Positions 10,954-23,916 of a stretch of 64,000 bases of DNA are shown here, one piece after another. A program made the position numbers and the translations under genes. The DNA lies in the NCBI GenBank assembly GCA_951406725.2, contig OX597818.1, positions 135,470,001-135,534,000 of the forward strand, read 5' to 3'. The notes below the pieces were generated by a model. It worked only from the letters and a program-made list of their open reading frames with translations. It had not been told where the DNA came from and did not search any database. Every line of letters starts with the position of its first letter. Position 1 is the first letter of the stretch. Source of the stretch: Octopus vulgaris. Its lineage: Eukaryota.

Positions 10954-13670
10954 CTGTCAATAATTCCAAGATAGTGGCTAATGAGGAAAAAAGTAAGATA
11001 TGCCAAAAGCAGCAGCAGCAACAACAACAACAAGAGCTGTTCATATGCAGTCATCATTGCTGTTGGTGGTCAGCTTTAATAAAGTGCTGGCAACAGCAAA
11101 TTGTTGACATAGAAATGTTGGCTTGTTCTGCCAGTGGCACTTAGCTGTCTGTCCATGTGTGTGTTTGCCAGCCCTGCCAACATCTCCTGCAATATTTCTG
11201 CTCTCTTCCTACATCCAATCTGCCTCTTCATCTTTTCTTCTTTTACCTTTTGTCTATACTTTTATTTTAAAAACTATTGATGACAGAGAGCGTGTAGATG
11301 TGAGCTATTTATGAAAGGGTGACTTCATTGTTCTGACAGTGGAAACTGCAGCTGGCATTAACATCTTTTAATCTCTCCCTTCTCTTTTTCTTCCCCATAT
11401 CTGAAGCATTATGGCTATCACAGCTTGCTGCTTGTCCTAAACATAGTTACCAAGATTGTAACAACTTTATTTCTCTGTGGATATACCAACAAAGATAACT
11501 GAAAATAAATATCTAAGCCACAGTAAATACAACTGTTACCACCACTACATCACATTGATTGCTGTTATTCACTGTCAAAAAAAGGTACACACACACACAC
11601 ACATACACACACACACACATGCATACATGTAAAGGTTTTTAACATACATCTATATTGAGAACAAAGCACAAATATTGTTATGTACACAATTTACATCCAC
11701 ACATATGAAACAAGTCTTTTGTTCATAAAAATCTGCAAAAATACACTGAAATTGTAATTGCTCTTTGCATACAGAAAAAGAACACACATCGTTTTAAAAT
11801 ATTTTTTTAAAGATCTTAAGGCAAGTGATGTGTTTTACACATTGTAGTTTGTCTACTTTCTTGCTCTTGTATATTGCCTCTTGTCTACTATTCTCTACCG
11901 TCCACCAACACATTCTAGATCAATTTCTCCTTTCATCTATTTAGTTGTACTCTTTGGTGATGATGGCACATCTTTTAGCCTTGTCTCACATTTTTTCAAA
12001 TTTACTGAAACACATTAATAGCAATAGGAAAACCGTACACCAATTTGGTTCTTGAGCAACTTCTGAAGACAGCTAGCTTTGTGTAGGACTAGTGACCAGT
12101 CATTTCAATTGGCACTGACAATTTGCTGTACTTTAGTCCCCCCTCTCTTGTAAAACCCTCACTTTCTCTCTTGTAGTCTTTATATTCAATTTGACTAGAA
12201 TGTTAAAACTGGAGTGGAAGGTTGAAATGATTTCCAGGAAAGAAAAGGATTTAGAGTTTGCTAGAGTATCTCTTGCAAGAATTTTTTTTAATTTTACATT
12301 TGAAATGTCAGGTTTTTCTCAGAAGGACATGTAAGAAACCAAATGACTTTTCAATGACTGGATGTACTTTTCAATGGTAAATAATAATAATAAAAGAACT
12401 GATTTTTCTGGAAATTGAACATTTCCCTTCTCTAGAACATTTGAAATCTGTTGAAAAAGGAAATATTAGAAACTGCGATATTAAAGGTGTTTAGTATAAA
12501 CAACTAAAACTGGAAAGAACTGGAAAAATAATAAAACTGAAGGCTTGTTTGTAGATTTTTGTTATTTTCTCTCTTTATCGCATTATCTTAGATTCAACCG
12601 AATGTTATGCTGCTTCCCTTTTACTTTGACCGTTGCATAATTTTCCTGCCTCTTAATATGCATTACTACTGCATTTCCTTCACAACTATCTCTCTCTCTA
12701 TCTCTCTCTCTCTCTCTGTCCTAACAAAATGCTTTGCTACTTTAATTAAGTATTGACAGACTCAGATTATATCTAAATGGTACCTGACCAATTCCATAGC
12801 AGTATTTCTGTATATGTTTCCCTCCATCTGTCAAATTATCAAGTTGGTTGATAAAACAACCCCCTTCTTTCTCTTTTTCTCTCTCAACAAACATATACAA
12901 GATCTCAGCTTCTAATACTGCCTTTTTCTTGGACCGGTGAAACTATTCCACTTTTATATGAAAATATACACAAGTATTTGTGTGTGCATGTATATGTGTG
13001 TGTACATAAATTGAGAAGTCAACTCTTATTATAAAATCTATGCATCACTGACGTGTATATAAGCTTCAATCAATTTTGAAGAAAATTTATTAACTTAACA
13101 TTCTATAAAAGAGGGCTTCTTTTCCTCTTTCTATGTTAGATCTCATTCGTTTAGATCATCCTACCTTTTAGAAATGTCCATGTGACTGGTTACTATGTAG
13201 ACCCCTATCTATGGTTAGCCATGCATATTAGCCACAGTAAATCCGTTTACTGTGATTGATATTGCAGAAGACTTGCTTCAATCTATTTGTTCTATCTCTG
13301 ATTAGAACTGACTAAATACTATTTTTCATTCCCTACCCTAACTACAGTTCTCTTCTGAAGCTTGTATGAGGATTATTTCAATAATCTTTCAAAATCTTCA
13401 AAAAAAAAAAAAAAAATGTAATGTGGTTTATGTTTGAAAGTAAATTCTTCAAACTTTATAGCTAATTAAAGAAGGAAGTTTCTTTCTGTTTTTTTTTTTT
13501 TTTTCTTTGGCCAGAAAATTCTTAGTTTTCTTCAACAGAAATGACCAAACTACGAAACTACCAAATGTTTTCAACAACTTTCTTCTTCCGAAGACGATGT
13601 AGTCTTTAGTTTGTTTATTTTTCTTACAGGTACTACTGCATAAATAAAATGTCATTTGCTACCACCAGTG
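10954..13670 (+). other. Probable long USP7 3' UTR
   Basis: TE-free AT-rich tract ending at AATAAA (13643-13648), with a GT-rich tract downstream near 13720. Confidence 0.55.
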
Positions 13671-14159
13671 GATGTTCAGTTTACCTAAATCTGTAACTTT
13701 ATTTGTACACATAGTGTTGAGTGGGTGTATGTGTGTTTTGTGTTTTTGAGAAAGACATCAATAACAGCTCTCCATTTATATCACTTTGTCTGTTTTATAC
13801 GGGACAGATCAAGAACACTTTTTGTTTACATATTTCATTTTGACATGGTTTCTACTACTGGGCACCCTTCCTTAACAACCCATGACACCAGCACTGGTAT
13901 CTCCTTAGGAAAACTAAAGGCATCTCTCTACTCTCCACTATTTCTATTGTTTCACCAACCACTCAACAGTGTACTGGTTGTATCTTATTGTGGAAACTAT
14001 CCCTAGAGAGGATGCCTTATCCACAGCGAGACTAAACATTGCTTTTATTTGTTCAAAGCACAAACTCAGAGTGGTGAGAGAATGATAAGCAGATTGTTGG
14101 CCAAATGATGGAATAAAAGAAAAAGCATGAATGGGTGAGAGTAATGTATATCATCAGAG

Positions 14160-14570
14160 GGAAATAGCAAGGCCATGTAGGGGGACATGGAGTTAAGTAC
14201 AGGGTGGTGTTCATGTAAAGAGTTCAGGCCACTTGAGGTCCAGGGAGACTTTGAACAAAGCGGTCGTCAGCATTTTCACCATCTCGTCTGGCAGCTTGTT
14301 CCACGGATCCGCAACCCAGACGGAGAAAGCTCCTCTCCTTCGATTGAGATGAAATCGTCGCAGGTAGAGCTTTTCGGAATGACCCCTCATCAGAGGGAAA
14401 TAGAGGAAGTAGTAATGGGAGTGATGGTGTGGTGGGGTGTAGGGGGTATAGTTTTGAATATGAGCATTTGTGCTGTCTACTCTCTTGTATCCTGATTCTC
14501 TTATATGGTGTAGTCTTCTCTCAGCCGGGTTAAACTTATGTCGTTCATACATACTAACATTATGCATTCA
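14160..14570 (-). mobile_element. CR1-type LINE ORF2 3' remnant
   Basis: MRGHSEKLY...RRGAFSVWVADPWNKLP matches the CR1 ORF2 C-terminal motif. Confidence 0.7.
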
Positions 14571-14779
14571 ACAGAGCATTTTCACTTTACTTCTTTCTTA
14601 CCAGCTTTTGCAATTCATGCATTCAAGGGCCTTGTCTTCCTGCTTTGCTGCTTCACACTTTGTATACAAGCATCGCAATCTGTCCTTCATTTGAGGGGAG
14701 AATTTCATTGGTACTAGCAAACATAATAGCTCCCAGACCTTCATCCTACCCTTTCTTACTCTGGGAACTATATTTTGGA

Positions 14780-15190
14780 ACTACCTCTTTTAATTAGTTC
14801 ACCTTTATATAAATGCTATCAGTTACTGCCAGAGATCCTTCCAAATATTTGTAGTGATTTATTTGATGTGTATTCTTCCAATCATTCATAAGGATTTGTT
14901 TCATATTCGTACTGTTAATTGCTCTTGTACATCTGTCACACACCAAGTCTACCATCTCTGTTAGCCTGCTTGTGATCTCACTAAACCTCTTGTGCATCCA
15001 TAATTTACACTAGTACAAACAATACAGAATTTTTACTTCATCCTTTTCTGCATATTGAGCACGACAATTTCACAAATGGCAGACAGGTCCTGTCTTTACT
15101 ACTTATTGAAACTTCAGTCTTTGCTAGTCCTCTTAATTCTATGTTTTGAATTTCTTCTCTAATTTTAGGTTTTGTTCTAAGAATTAGAAT
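14780..15190 (-). mobile_element. Decayed RTE LINE fragment
   Basis: C..C..WMHKRFS.I...L.....VCDRC Cys/His motif found in RTE-type RT C-termini. Confidence 0.5.
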
Positions 15191-16089
15191 ATAAGTAAAT
15201 AAAAGCTAGGGAGCTGGGCCCTGACACATCCCAACTTGCATATGAAATTCATCACTGAACTGTCTCTGGTTCCTTTAGTGGCCATCAGTCTATAGACTGA
15301 AGAATTCTATCGAAGACCTTCATGTCAAATGTAGAGTAACCTTTAGTTAAGTACTCCTGAAATTGACTAGGAAGAGGTATCAATAGAACCCCTTCTTGGC
15401 ACAGAGCTGAACTGCATCTTGTCTCCTTAATCACTTATAACTACATTGTTCAGTTACTTTCATAAATTGGTTCATCAATTAGGTATTGCTAGTTGTGCTA
15501 TGCCATTCGTTGTATATAACAGCCTGTTCTACCTAATTGATTATGCTAGTAACTATCACGTAACCTATTTTATCAGATTATTTTAAAACTTCTAAGCAAC
15601 TACAATTTCTCCTTTCCTTTCATATCCTTGATCACACTTTCAGCATCAATAGCTTCCACCTTCCATCTTATCAGAACTTGCATCAGCTACACACTGTGTC
15701 TGTTGTCTTCTGTAGCTTGACTCATAGAAACTCCCAGTTGTCCTGTTATTACATCTCTTTTTCTCCCTCTCATGCCAACTTAGCCTTTTGGAACCAAGAC
15801 TCTCTGGTGTCTTTGAGTCCCATCCAAGCTCTTAGTCTAAAATAATTAATTAGTAATTTGTTGGATGGCACAACCTTTGCCAGAGAAAGATTCAGCAGTC
15901 ACAACCATCTGTTTATCTTGTTTCTTGGTGTCTATAACATCTGTCTGTCCGGTATGTTCACCTGAAGGGTCAGTGATCAGGTGATAATGTTGCAAATGTT
16001 TGTCATTCACATCACTTGAACTTAGAGATCTTGATTACTTCTCATTCCTTGTACATTTACTATAGCCTCCATATATATATATACCAGAG

Positions 16090-19000
16090 AAGCCATTATG
16101 GATGTAGTCTTAGGTCCTCCTGCACCGTGTGGCGCATTGGGTGGCAAGGCTTCTCCATGATTGGTCAGCCGCAGTGATTTCACTCTTCACATGAAATGTC
16201 AATGGCTTTGAGGTCATCAATGAAGGTGCAGCACCGAGTTGCTTTTGGTTGCCCTTGTTTTCTATTCCACAGAATGGCAGTTTTCACATGCCGTGACAAT
16301 GGTAGTCGGAGGACATGGCCTGTAAATCACAAGCAGCACTCAGTGACATTATGAAGTGGACAAGTATCAGTTCAGCGATGTATCTCATCATTGGTGATGT
16401 GGTCCTGGTATGATATTAGCAGTATCCACCGGAGGCATTGTAGCTGAAATACATTGAGCCTTCGTGTGATCTTTGCCGATGGTACGATGATGCTGTTGAA
16501 GAGGCACACTGGTCTCAGTGAAGATCGCCCTACCTGCCCAGATGGGTTTGAGTCTTTGAAGGACACCCAAGGCTTTCCCAATCCAACAGGCAACGTCGCA
16601 TCTCTGTCATTGGCTACAATGCGCCCAAATACGCGAACTCATCAACTTCCTCAATTTGGTGTTACCCAGTCATCAAGGGAACACCATTGTTGTTCCCTTT
16701 GACATAACCAATCCTCATGATCTTCGTCTTGTTTCCACTTATGCAGAGTCTGATCTTGGCCTCCTCCCGTTCCAATCTCTGTCATTTTTCATCGCTCTGA
16801 GGAGCACAAGGTCAAGGTCAATCAGATGCTCCAACCCACACCAAAGAATTCCAAATTCATGTTGGCACATTGTCCCATGCATGACGAAGAAATAGGAGTG
16901 GGGATAAAATGCACCCTTGCTGTACACCCATCTTAAGGACAAAGTAGTTGGTGTAGCCAATCTCCGAACACAGCACCTGGACTTGTAGTAAAGGCTCCAG
17001 AAGTTGTCAACGAAACATTCAGGAATGCTGAAGTCATGAACGATGTACCACAACAAACTCCGAAATATGCTGTGGAATGCCTTCACAAAATCAATGAAAC
17101 TGATTGATTGCTGTTGCTGATATTCCAGGCTTTGTTCTGTAATGTTGCACAACTGACTGCATTAAAAACTAGCTTGTTCTCGGAGCCTCTCATCCACCAC
17201 CCGTTGCAGCCATATTAAGAGGATGATACTGAAGACCTTTCTGGGTACAGATAGAAGCGTAATCCCTCCCAATTATTGCAGTTGCTGAGGTTTCCTTTCT
17301 TTGGGAGCTTGACAATTACCCCTTGCTGCCAATCCTCTGGGACACAGCCTGTCATCCAGCATACACTTAGGAAGGCCATACGATGTTTGCTAACTAGATG
17401 ACCATGTTTCAGCATCTCCGCTGCCACCATATCCAATCCTGGTGCCTTGTTATTCAGGAGCCATCTTGGCTGTTGTGATCTTACCTGTATTCACTGTCAG
17501 ATCGTTGTCGGGGATTGGTGAGCAAAGAGGTCTGCAGGCACTGGCTGATTGAGCATCTCCTTAAAGTGTTCAACCCATCTCACTTTATTTTAAACCGTCC
17601 ATAACACGTTCCCATTCTTGTCCTTGGTGGATACCCCTTGTCCGCTTCTTGTTCTAGTAAGGTCACATACAATATGGTATAAAGTCTCCGTATCATTTCA
17701 ATCCACTGCCTCCTGACTCTGTTCCAACCAATCCCGCTTGTCATTCCGACGGCTCTTCGATCCAGTGTTTGATACATCTCCAGTGCTTCCTGCTGGGTTT
17801 CATCTGTTAAGCGCTAGGTTTCGTATTTTAGCCTTTCGTCTTGCATCAATCAGGATCCATGTTCGATCTTGGATCCGACACTCCTTGTACACACCACAGC
17901 ATCTGTCGATGGTCTTCTCGGCACTTTTGATAATTGCCTCCTTCAGCTTCCCAAAGGAGCTGTCAACTTCGTCAACGTCTGCAAGAGGTAGGAATCCATT
18001 TCTCAGTTCCAACTGGAATTGATTGACTATCCTTTGGTCTTCAAATTTCTCCACTGCAAAGGGTCGGGAACATCTCTGCATGAGCAACAGCAACTTAATC
18101 AAAGCCAACACTTTGAGGAGGAGGTAATGATCTGAGCCCACATCCACTTGTGCTCGAAGTGTTTCCAATCATCAACCCATTCATTGAGCAGAATGAGACC
18201 AACCAATCATCGTTGCCACTAGTATCAGTCGCTGTACCATTTGGGCCAATTACATGCTCGTAACCTTGTCATTTTCACGCGACTTTGGTGTTGAAGTTGC
18301 CAATTAGTAGGACCAAGTCATGATGTGGGACGTCCTGTAGTTGGTCATGGAGGCGCAATGGCCCAGTGGTTAGGGCAGCGGACTCGCGGTTTCGATTCCC
18401 AGACCGGGCGTTGTGAGTGTTTATTGAGCGAAAACACCTAAAGCTCCACGAGGCTCCGGCAGGGATGGTAGTGATCCCTGCTGTACTCTTTCACCACAAC
18501 TTTCTCTCACTCTTACTTCCTGTTTCTGTTGTACCTGTATTTCAAAGGGCTGGCCTTGTCACTCTCTGTGTCACGCTGAATATCCCCGAGAACTACGTTA
18601 AGGGTACACGTGTCTGTGGAGTGCTCAGCCACTTGCACGTTAATTTCACGAGCAGGCTGTTCCGTTGACTTGGATCAACCGGAACCCTCATCATCGTAAC
18701 CGACGGAGTGCTTCCATCCAGTTGGTCATAGAAAGCATCTTTATCGGCCTCTTCGATGGGGGCATAGGCTTGGATGACAGTGATCTTGGAGTCGGGCAGT
18801 GATGATACAACTGCTGGCAAGCTCCAGCTGCCCTTGCAGACATGACAATGCCGACTCCTCACTCATGTGTCCACTTTGTGACCTGAGTAGATAACAGTCC
18901 TGCTATCACTGACCAACTGTCCACTGCCAGTTCATCTCATTTCGCTAATTCCAAGGATGTCCATCTGATACCTTTCCACTTCTTCAAACAGCTGTGCCTG

Positions 19001-19270
19001 TCTGCCATACTGGTACAGTGTCCTCACATTCCAAGTCGCAATTTTTGTTGGTCGTTTTGCACATCAGGTGTTGGATGTGCTGACAGCTTTGATCCAACAC
19101 CATCACAGGTGGCCACCCCCTCTGCAGTCAGTTTGAATATGTTGGTTTGTTCTTGCTGTTTCTGTAGCACAGGTTTATTCAGGGTCAGGTCATTGGCCTG
19201 GCACCCAACCCTCCTCCTTTTGCAGCTGGGCTTGGGACCAGCCTCTGTAGGAGGGCCTCACTAAAGAGGT
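16090..19270 (-). mobile_element. Near full-length decayed RTE-clade LINE (APE + RT), interrupted by a SINE
   Basis: ATWNVRTL, DILGISE, ITVIQAYAP, DVGSDHYLL, VPEDWQQGVIVKLPKKGNLSNCNNW and FIDFVKAF motifs with frameshifts and stops. Confidence 0.9.
18349..18719 (+). mobile_element. tRNA-derived SINE, family A (GGAGGCGCAATGGCCCAGTGG head)
   Basis: A/B boxes; TSD agttggtcat; inserted in the RTE endonuclease region. Confidence 0.92.
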
Positions 19271-19340
19271 TCTCCTGTGTTATCTGCTGGCCTTTTAGTG
19301 TGGTGTATATCCAGAGATAAAATGTCAGTCATACTATCTA

Positions 19341-20471
19341 TTAGGTTGTCAAGAAAGTTCTTGTGGAATTTTAAATTTTGGTTTTAAATGAATGTATTTT
19401 CAAATTAATAAATCTAATCGTGTTTTTTTTTTTTAATAATTAGGCCATTTTTTCCGGAACGTTGAATACAACATGAATAAAAAGCAAATTCGCACAATTT
19501 TCTTATTCCAGTTCAAGCTAAGCTGAAACAGCTTGCAATATCAATGATGTGTTTGGCCCAGCACAATGGTGGTTCAAAAAATTTCGTAGCAGTGACAAGA
19601 GTCTTGAAGGTGATAAGCGTAGTGGTCAGCCATTAGATGTTGATAACAATCAACTAAGAGCCTTAGTCGAAGCCAATCAATGCACAACTGTTTGAGAACT
19701 TGCTTCTGAATTAGACGTAACGTATACGACAATTTCTAATCACTTGAGATTGGAAAAACAAAAATACTTGAGAAATGAGTGCCGCACAAATTGAATGACA
19801 ACTAAAAAAAACACTGTTTTGAAGTGTCGTCTTCCCTTTTAAGCAACAAGAACGACCCGTTTCTTGACCAGATTGTGATTGTGATGAAAAGTGGATTCTT
19901 TACGACAACTGGCGGCGCTCAGCTCGGTTGGACGCTGACGAAGCTCCACAGCACTTCACGAAGCCAAAGTTGCACCAAAAGAAGGTCATGGTGACTGTTT
20001 GGTGGTCTGCGGCCAGTTTCCATCACAGCTTTTTTGGATCCAGGTGAAACCACTACAGCAGAGAAGTACTGTCAGCAAATGGATGAAATGCATAAGAAAC
20101 TCTGACAACAGCCAGCATTGGTCAATAGAAAAGGACAAATTCCTCTCCACGATAACGCTCGGCCGCATGTCGCACAACTGACCCTGCAGAAGTTGAACGA
20201 ATTGGGCTACGAAACTCTGCCTCATCTGCCATACTCACCAGACCTCTCGCCTACTGACTTTTGAGAAATGCTTCAAAAACCAAGACGATGCCAAACACAA
20301 CTTCATCGCCACCAGAACACAGGATTTTTACACTACTGGCATAAAGAAACTTGTTTCGTGTTGGTAAAAACATGATGTTGATTCTGATGGTGTTTATTTC
20401 GATTAATAAAGTTTTATTTGAGCATCTGAATTTAAAGGTTAAAAACCACAAGAACTTTCTTGACAACCTAA
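19341..20471 (+). mobile_element. mariner transposon (Hsmar1/cecropia-like) with pseudogenised transposase
   Basis: TA|TTAGGTTGTCAAGAAAGTTCTTGTGG...CCACAAGAACTTTCTTGACAACCTAA|TA; MNKKQIRTIFLFQFK, DEKWILYDN and [10 protein letters not shown] motifs. Confidence 0.93.
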
Positions 20472-20584
20472 TACAAATAGCTTTGGCTTAATTATCCAGA
20501 TCCTCTGACTACTTCAATTTATTCGCTTCTCTGTTAACAATATTCCTACACCATCCAATTCTCTCTCTACAGATAAATTTACTT

Positions 20585-21076
20585 TATTTACATTCAACGG
20601 ATATTTGTTCTCATCTTGTTTGTTAACACAATGTTTCAACTGATATACCCTCCAGCCTTCATCAGGTGTCCTGGGGAAATTTTGAACCTGAGTTCTCATT
20701 CCTAAGGTATTCTTAGATGTTATTATTATTATTGTTGTTCAGGTCACTGCTTGGAATCAAACTCGGAATCTTGGGGGTTGGTAGCCCGCGCTCTTAACTA
20801 CTACGCCATATGCCTGTGGGCATGAAAACCCAGGTTCGAAATTTTTCGATATTATTATTATTCAGGTCACTGCCTGGAATCGAATTCGGAATCTTGGCGT
20901 TAGTAGCCCACACTCTTAACCACTATGCCATATGCCCACGGGCATGTGTAGTGGTTAAGATGAAGACTAGAGGGAATATCAGCCAATACGTTGTGTTAAC
21001 AACAAACAAGATGAGGACAAATATCCATCAAATGTAAATAATGTACATAATTCCTCATCTCTTCAATATAGAACTG
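20585..21076 (-). mobile_element. tRNA-headed element with inverted hammerhead-bearing arms (copy 2, with internal duplication)
   Basis: Reverse complement of the 10224-10619 architecture, including the same head/arm junction; second tRNA head at ~20850-20935. Confidence 0.8.
20625..20670 (-). ncRNA. Minimal type I hammerhead ribozyme motif (Penelope type)
   Basis: Minus strand reads GACAC CTGATGA A GGCTG-loop-CAGTT GAAA CATT GTGTT. Confidence 0.7.
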
Positions 21077-21134
21077 TAAAACCTACCACTAGCACCAATA
21101 ACTGTTATCCATCACATTTTAAATAAATGTACTT

Positions 21135-21365
21135 TATAATTTAATGAAATTATTGTATACTATGCTCAGGTGCACCACAACTTGTCAGAAGGTGCATATA
21201 AAGTATATGCAGTAATGTAGAAATGTCTGGTAAGCGAGCAATGTATGAGTCAGATACATGCTTGTGTGTGTATGGAGGGGAGAAAATCAGGTGTAGTGTT
21301 GGCGAATCTCAGGAAGCATGGAAGTTTTGAAGGATGCAGTGCTCCGACAACTAACAACTGATGAA
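21135..21365 (-). mobile_element. CR1-type 3' fragment
   Basis: Near-identical to 5730-5953; TSD-like aatgtactttata. Confidence 0.75.
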
Positions 21366-21526
21366 TGTACTTTATAGTTGCTTGGTTGTGGAGAATTCCA
21401 TTTACTTGCTTATAAGTAAAGAAATTCTACTTTATTGTTATAGAATTCATTCAGTCAATATAATTTAATGAGAACAAGAAAACCAGGTTTGTTTACAAGT
21501 TGAAATTGTTTGTATTCACTAATTGT

Positions 21527-21908
21527 GGAGGCGCAATGGCCCAGTGGTTAGGGCAGCGGACTCACGGTCATAGGATCGCGGTTTCGATTCCCAGACCGGG
21601 CGTTGTGAGTGTTTATTGAGCGAAAACACCTAAAAGTTCCATGAGGCTCCGGCAGGGGATGGTGATCCCTGCTGTACTCTTTCACCACAACTTTCTCTCA
21701 CTCTTACTTCCTGTTTCTGTTGTACCTGTGTTTCAAAGGGCCGGCCTTGTCACTCTCTGTGTCACGCTGAATATCCCCAAGAACTACTTTAAGGGTACAC
21801 GTGTCTGTGGAGTGCTCAGCCACTTACACGTTAATTTCACGAGCAGGCTGTTACGTTGATTCGGATCAACCGGAACCCTCATCGTTGTAACCGACAGTGC
21901 GTCCATCC
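21527..21908 (+). mobile_element. SINE family A
   Basis: Full copy; TSD attcactaatt. Confidence 0.92.
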
Positions 21909-22516
21909 ATTCACTAATTAGAGTAATGGAAGACTGATGCAAGCAGTTTAATGTGTGGGGGGGGCAACTGTTATGCCTTTCTTGACACTTGTAATTCAAA
22001 TTTGTCATTTCATCATGCAGGATGCTACAACAGGCCAAGTTGGTAGTGATTTTACTCAGCCCTCTTAGCTGTAAATGAATCCCACAATATATACAAATAG
22101 GAGTCTTGATGTGGTTGCTTGACCTGCTAAAGATAGCAGCCAAAAAGCTCATTGAAATACATTTAATAAATACAGAGGAACACATTACATTGTGTGGTCC
22201 TGGATACCAGGAGGGGGTGGTCTCATGATGACTGCCTTTGATAATAGGTCTGCTAAAGTGACCCAGTGCTGAACAACAATGGAAAATATTGTGACAAATT
22301 TGTCTACGGTTTATTTACCTTTAATATTGAGTTTCCTTTCACCCCCATCTGTATTCCTTGAGTAATGGTCACTAACTTTGGATGATTTAGGCCAGTGCTT
22401 CTCAACCGGGGTCCATGTAAGATTTTGTTGTCAAAATTTATGTATGATAAATTAGTTTTTACTTATACACAAAATATTTATATTTTTTTACGCAATATAT
22501 TTTTGGTTATAAAAAT

Positions 22517-22880
22517 GGAGGCGCAATGGCCCAGTGGTTAGGGCAGCGGTTTCGATTCCCAGACCGGGCGTTGTGAGTGTTTATTGAGCGAAAACACCTA
22601 AAGCCCCACGAGGCTCCGGCAGGGGATGGTGGTGATCCCTGCTGTACTCTTTCACCACAACTTTCTCTCACTCTTACTTCCTGTTTCTGTTGTACCTGTA
22701 TTTCAAAGGGCCGGCCTTGTCACTCTCTGTGTCACGCTGAATATCCCCGAGAACTACATTAAGGGTACATGTGTCTGTGGAGTGCTCAGCCACTTGCACG
22801 TTAATTTCACAAGCAGGCTGTTCTGTTGGTCGGATCAACCGGAACCCTCATCGTCGTAACCGACGGAGTGCTTCCCCCCC
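22517..22880 (+). mobile_element. SINE family A
   Basis: TSD gttataaaaat. Confidence 0.92.
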
Positions 22881-22909
22881 AGTTATAAAAATATAGTAGG
22901 GATTTTTAA

Positions 22910-23128
22910 ACCATGTAGTGTTCAGATCCCTCTGTCAAATGTAATGCTTATTTATTCCCACTTTGAATTCATTATGCATTATCTCTCATAGCTTCAAGAT
23001 TTTGATTGTGTGATTGTTTACTTTTAAAATGACATTGTAGCATAGGTGTGAGAGGTCAGATCTGGCCAGTTTCAATGAAAGGTGGTAAAATATGTAGACC
23101 AGATATGGCTAGTTTAAATGCTAAAGGG
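22910..23128. mobile_element. piggyBac-type MITE, family 2 (diverged)
   Basis: Reverse-complement match to 60289-60510; ends AAAGGG|TTAA. Confidence 0.7.
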
Positions 23129-23306
23129 TTAAACAGTGAATGGTTAAAAGGGTCCATCTGAATAAAATAGGAATCAAAGAGGTTCAGAGGTAAAAAAAAA
23201 TGGCTAAGAAATACTGCTTTAGACTCTTCCATACAGGTTAACCCACAGTATCAGATGTGTGCCTAATATTGCGTTTACCATCAGTCTTTGTCTAAAATTA
23301 CATCTA

Positions 23307-23686
23307 GGCGCAGAAGTGGCTGTGTGGTAAGTAGCTTGCTAACCAACCACATGGTTCCGGGTTCAATCCCACTGCGTGGCATCTTGGGCAAGTGTCTTCT
23401 ATTATAGCCCTGGGCCGACCAATGCCTTGTGAGTGGATTTGGTAGACAGAAAATGAAAGAAGCCTCTCGTATATATGTATGTGTGTGTTTGTCCCCCCCA
23501 CCATCGCTTGACAACCGATGCTGGTGTGTTTATGTCCCCGTCACTTAGCGGTTCGGCATAAGAGACCGATAGAATAAGTACTGGGCTTACAAAGAATAAG
23601 TCCTGGGGTCGAGTTGTTCGATTAAAGGCAGTGCTCCAGCATGGCCGCAGTCAAATGACTGAAACAAGTAAAAGAGTAAAGAGAGT
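23307..23686 (+). mobile_element. SINE family B
   Basis: Matches 291-700. Confidence 0.9.
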
Positions 23687-23916
23687 TAGATCTTCAGTAA
23701 TTTGTGAAATATCTTTCCCATATGAAAATGAAGGCTTTCCATACTGTCCCTTACAGTAGGAAAGGACTCAAATTGTTCCTAATTTACATATTTTCCTGTT
23801 CAACCGTCTCTTAAATTTAGTCCCAATGTTAATTTGGGAAGGGGGTTAGAACTACTCTTATCCTTCTCATTACTTGTTCAGCTTTTTTTTTTCCCCAATC
23901 CACTGAACCCTCTCCC

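Larger units (their letters stand above)
22393..23216. mobile_element. hAT-type MITE hosting a nested SINE and piggyBac MITE
   Basis: CAGTGCTTCTCAACC...GGCTAAGAAATACTG termini; imperfect 8-bp TSD atttaggc/ctttagac. Confidence 0.65.

Noticed and set aside
18417-18668. Recurrent ORFs of the type MVVIPAVLFHHNFLSLLLPV... in several copies
   Set aside because: Incidental frames within SINE family A; not a gene family
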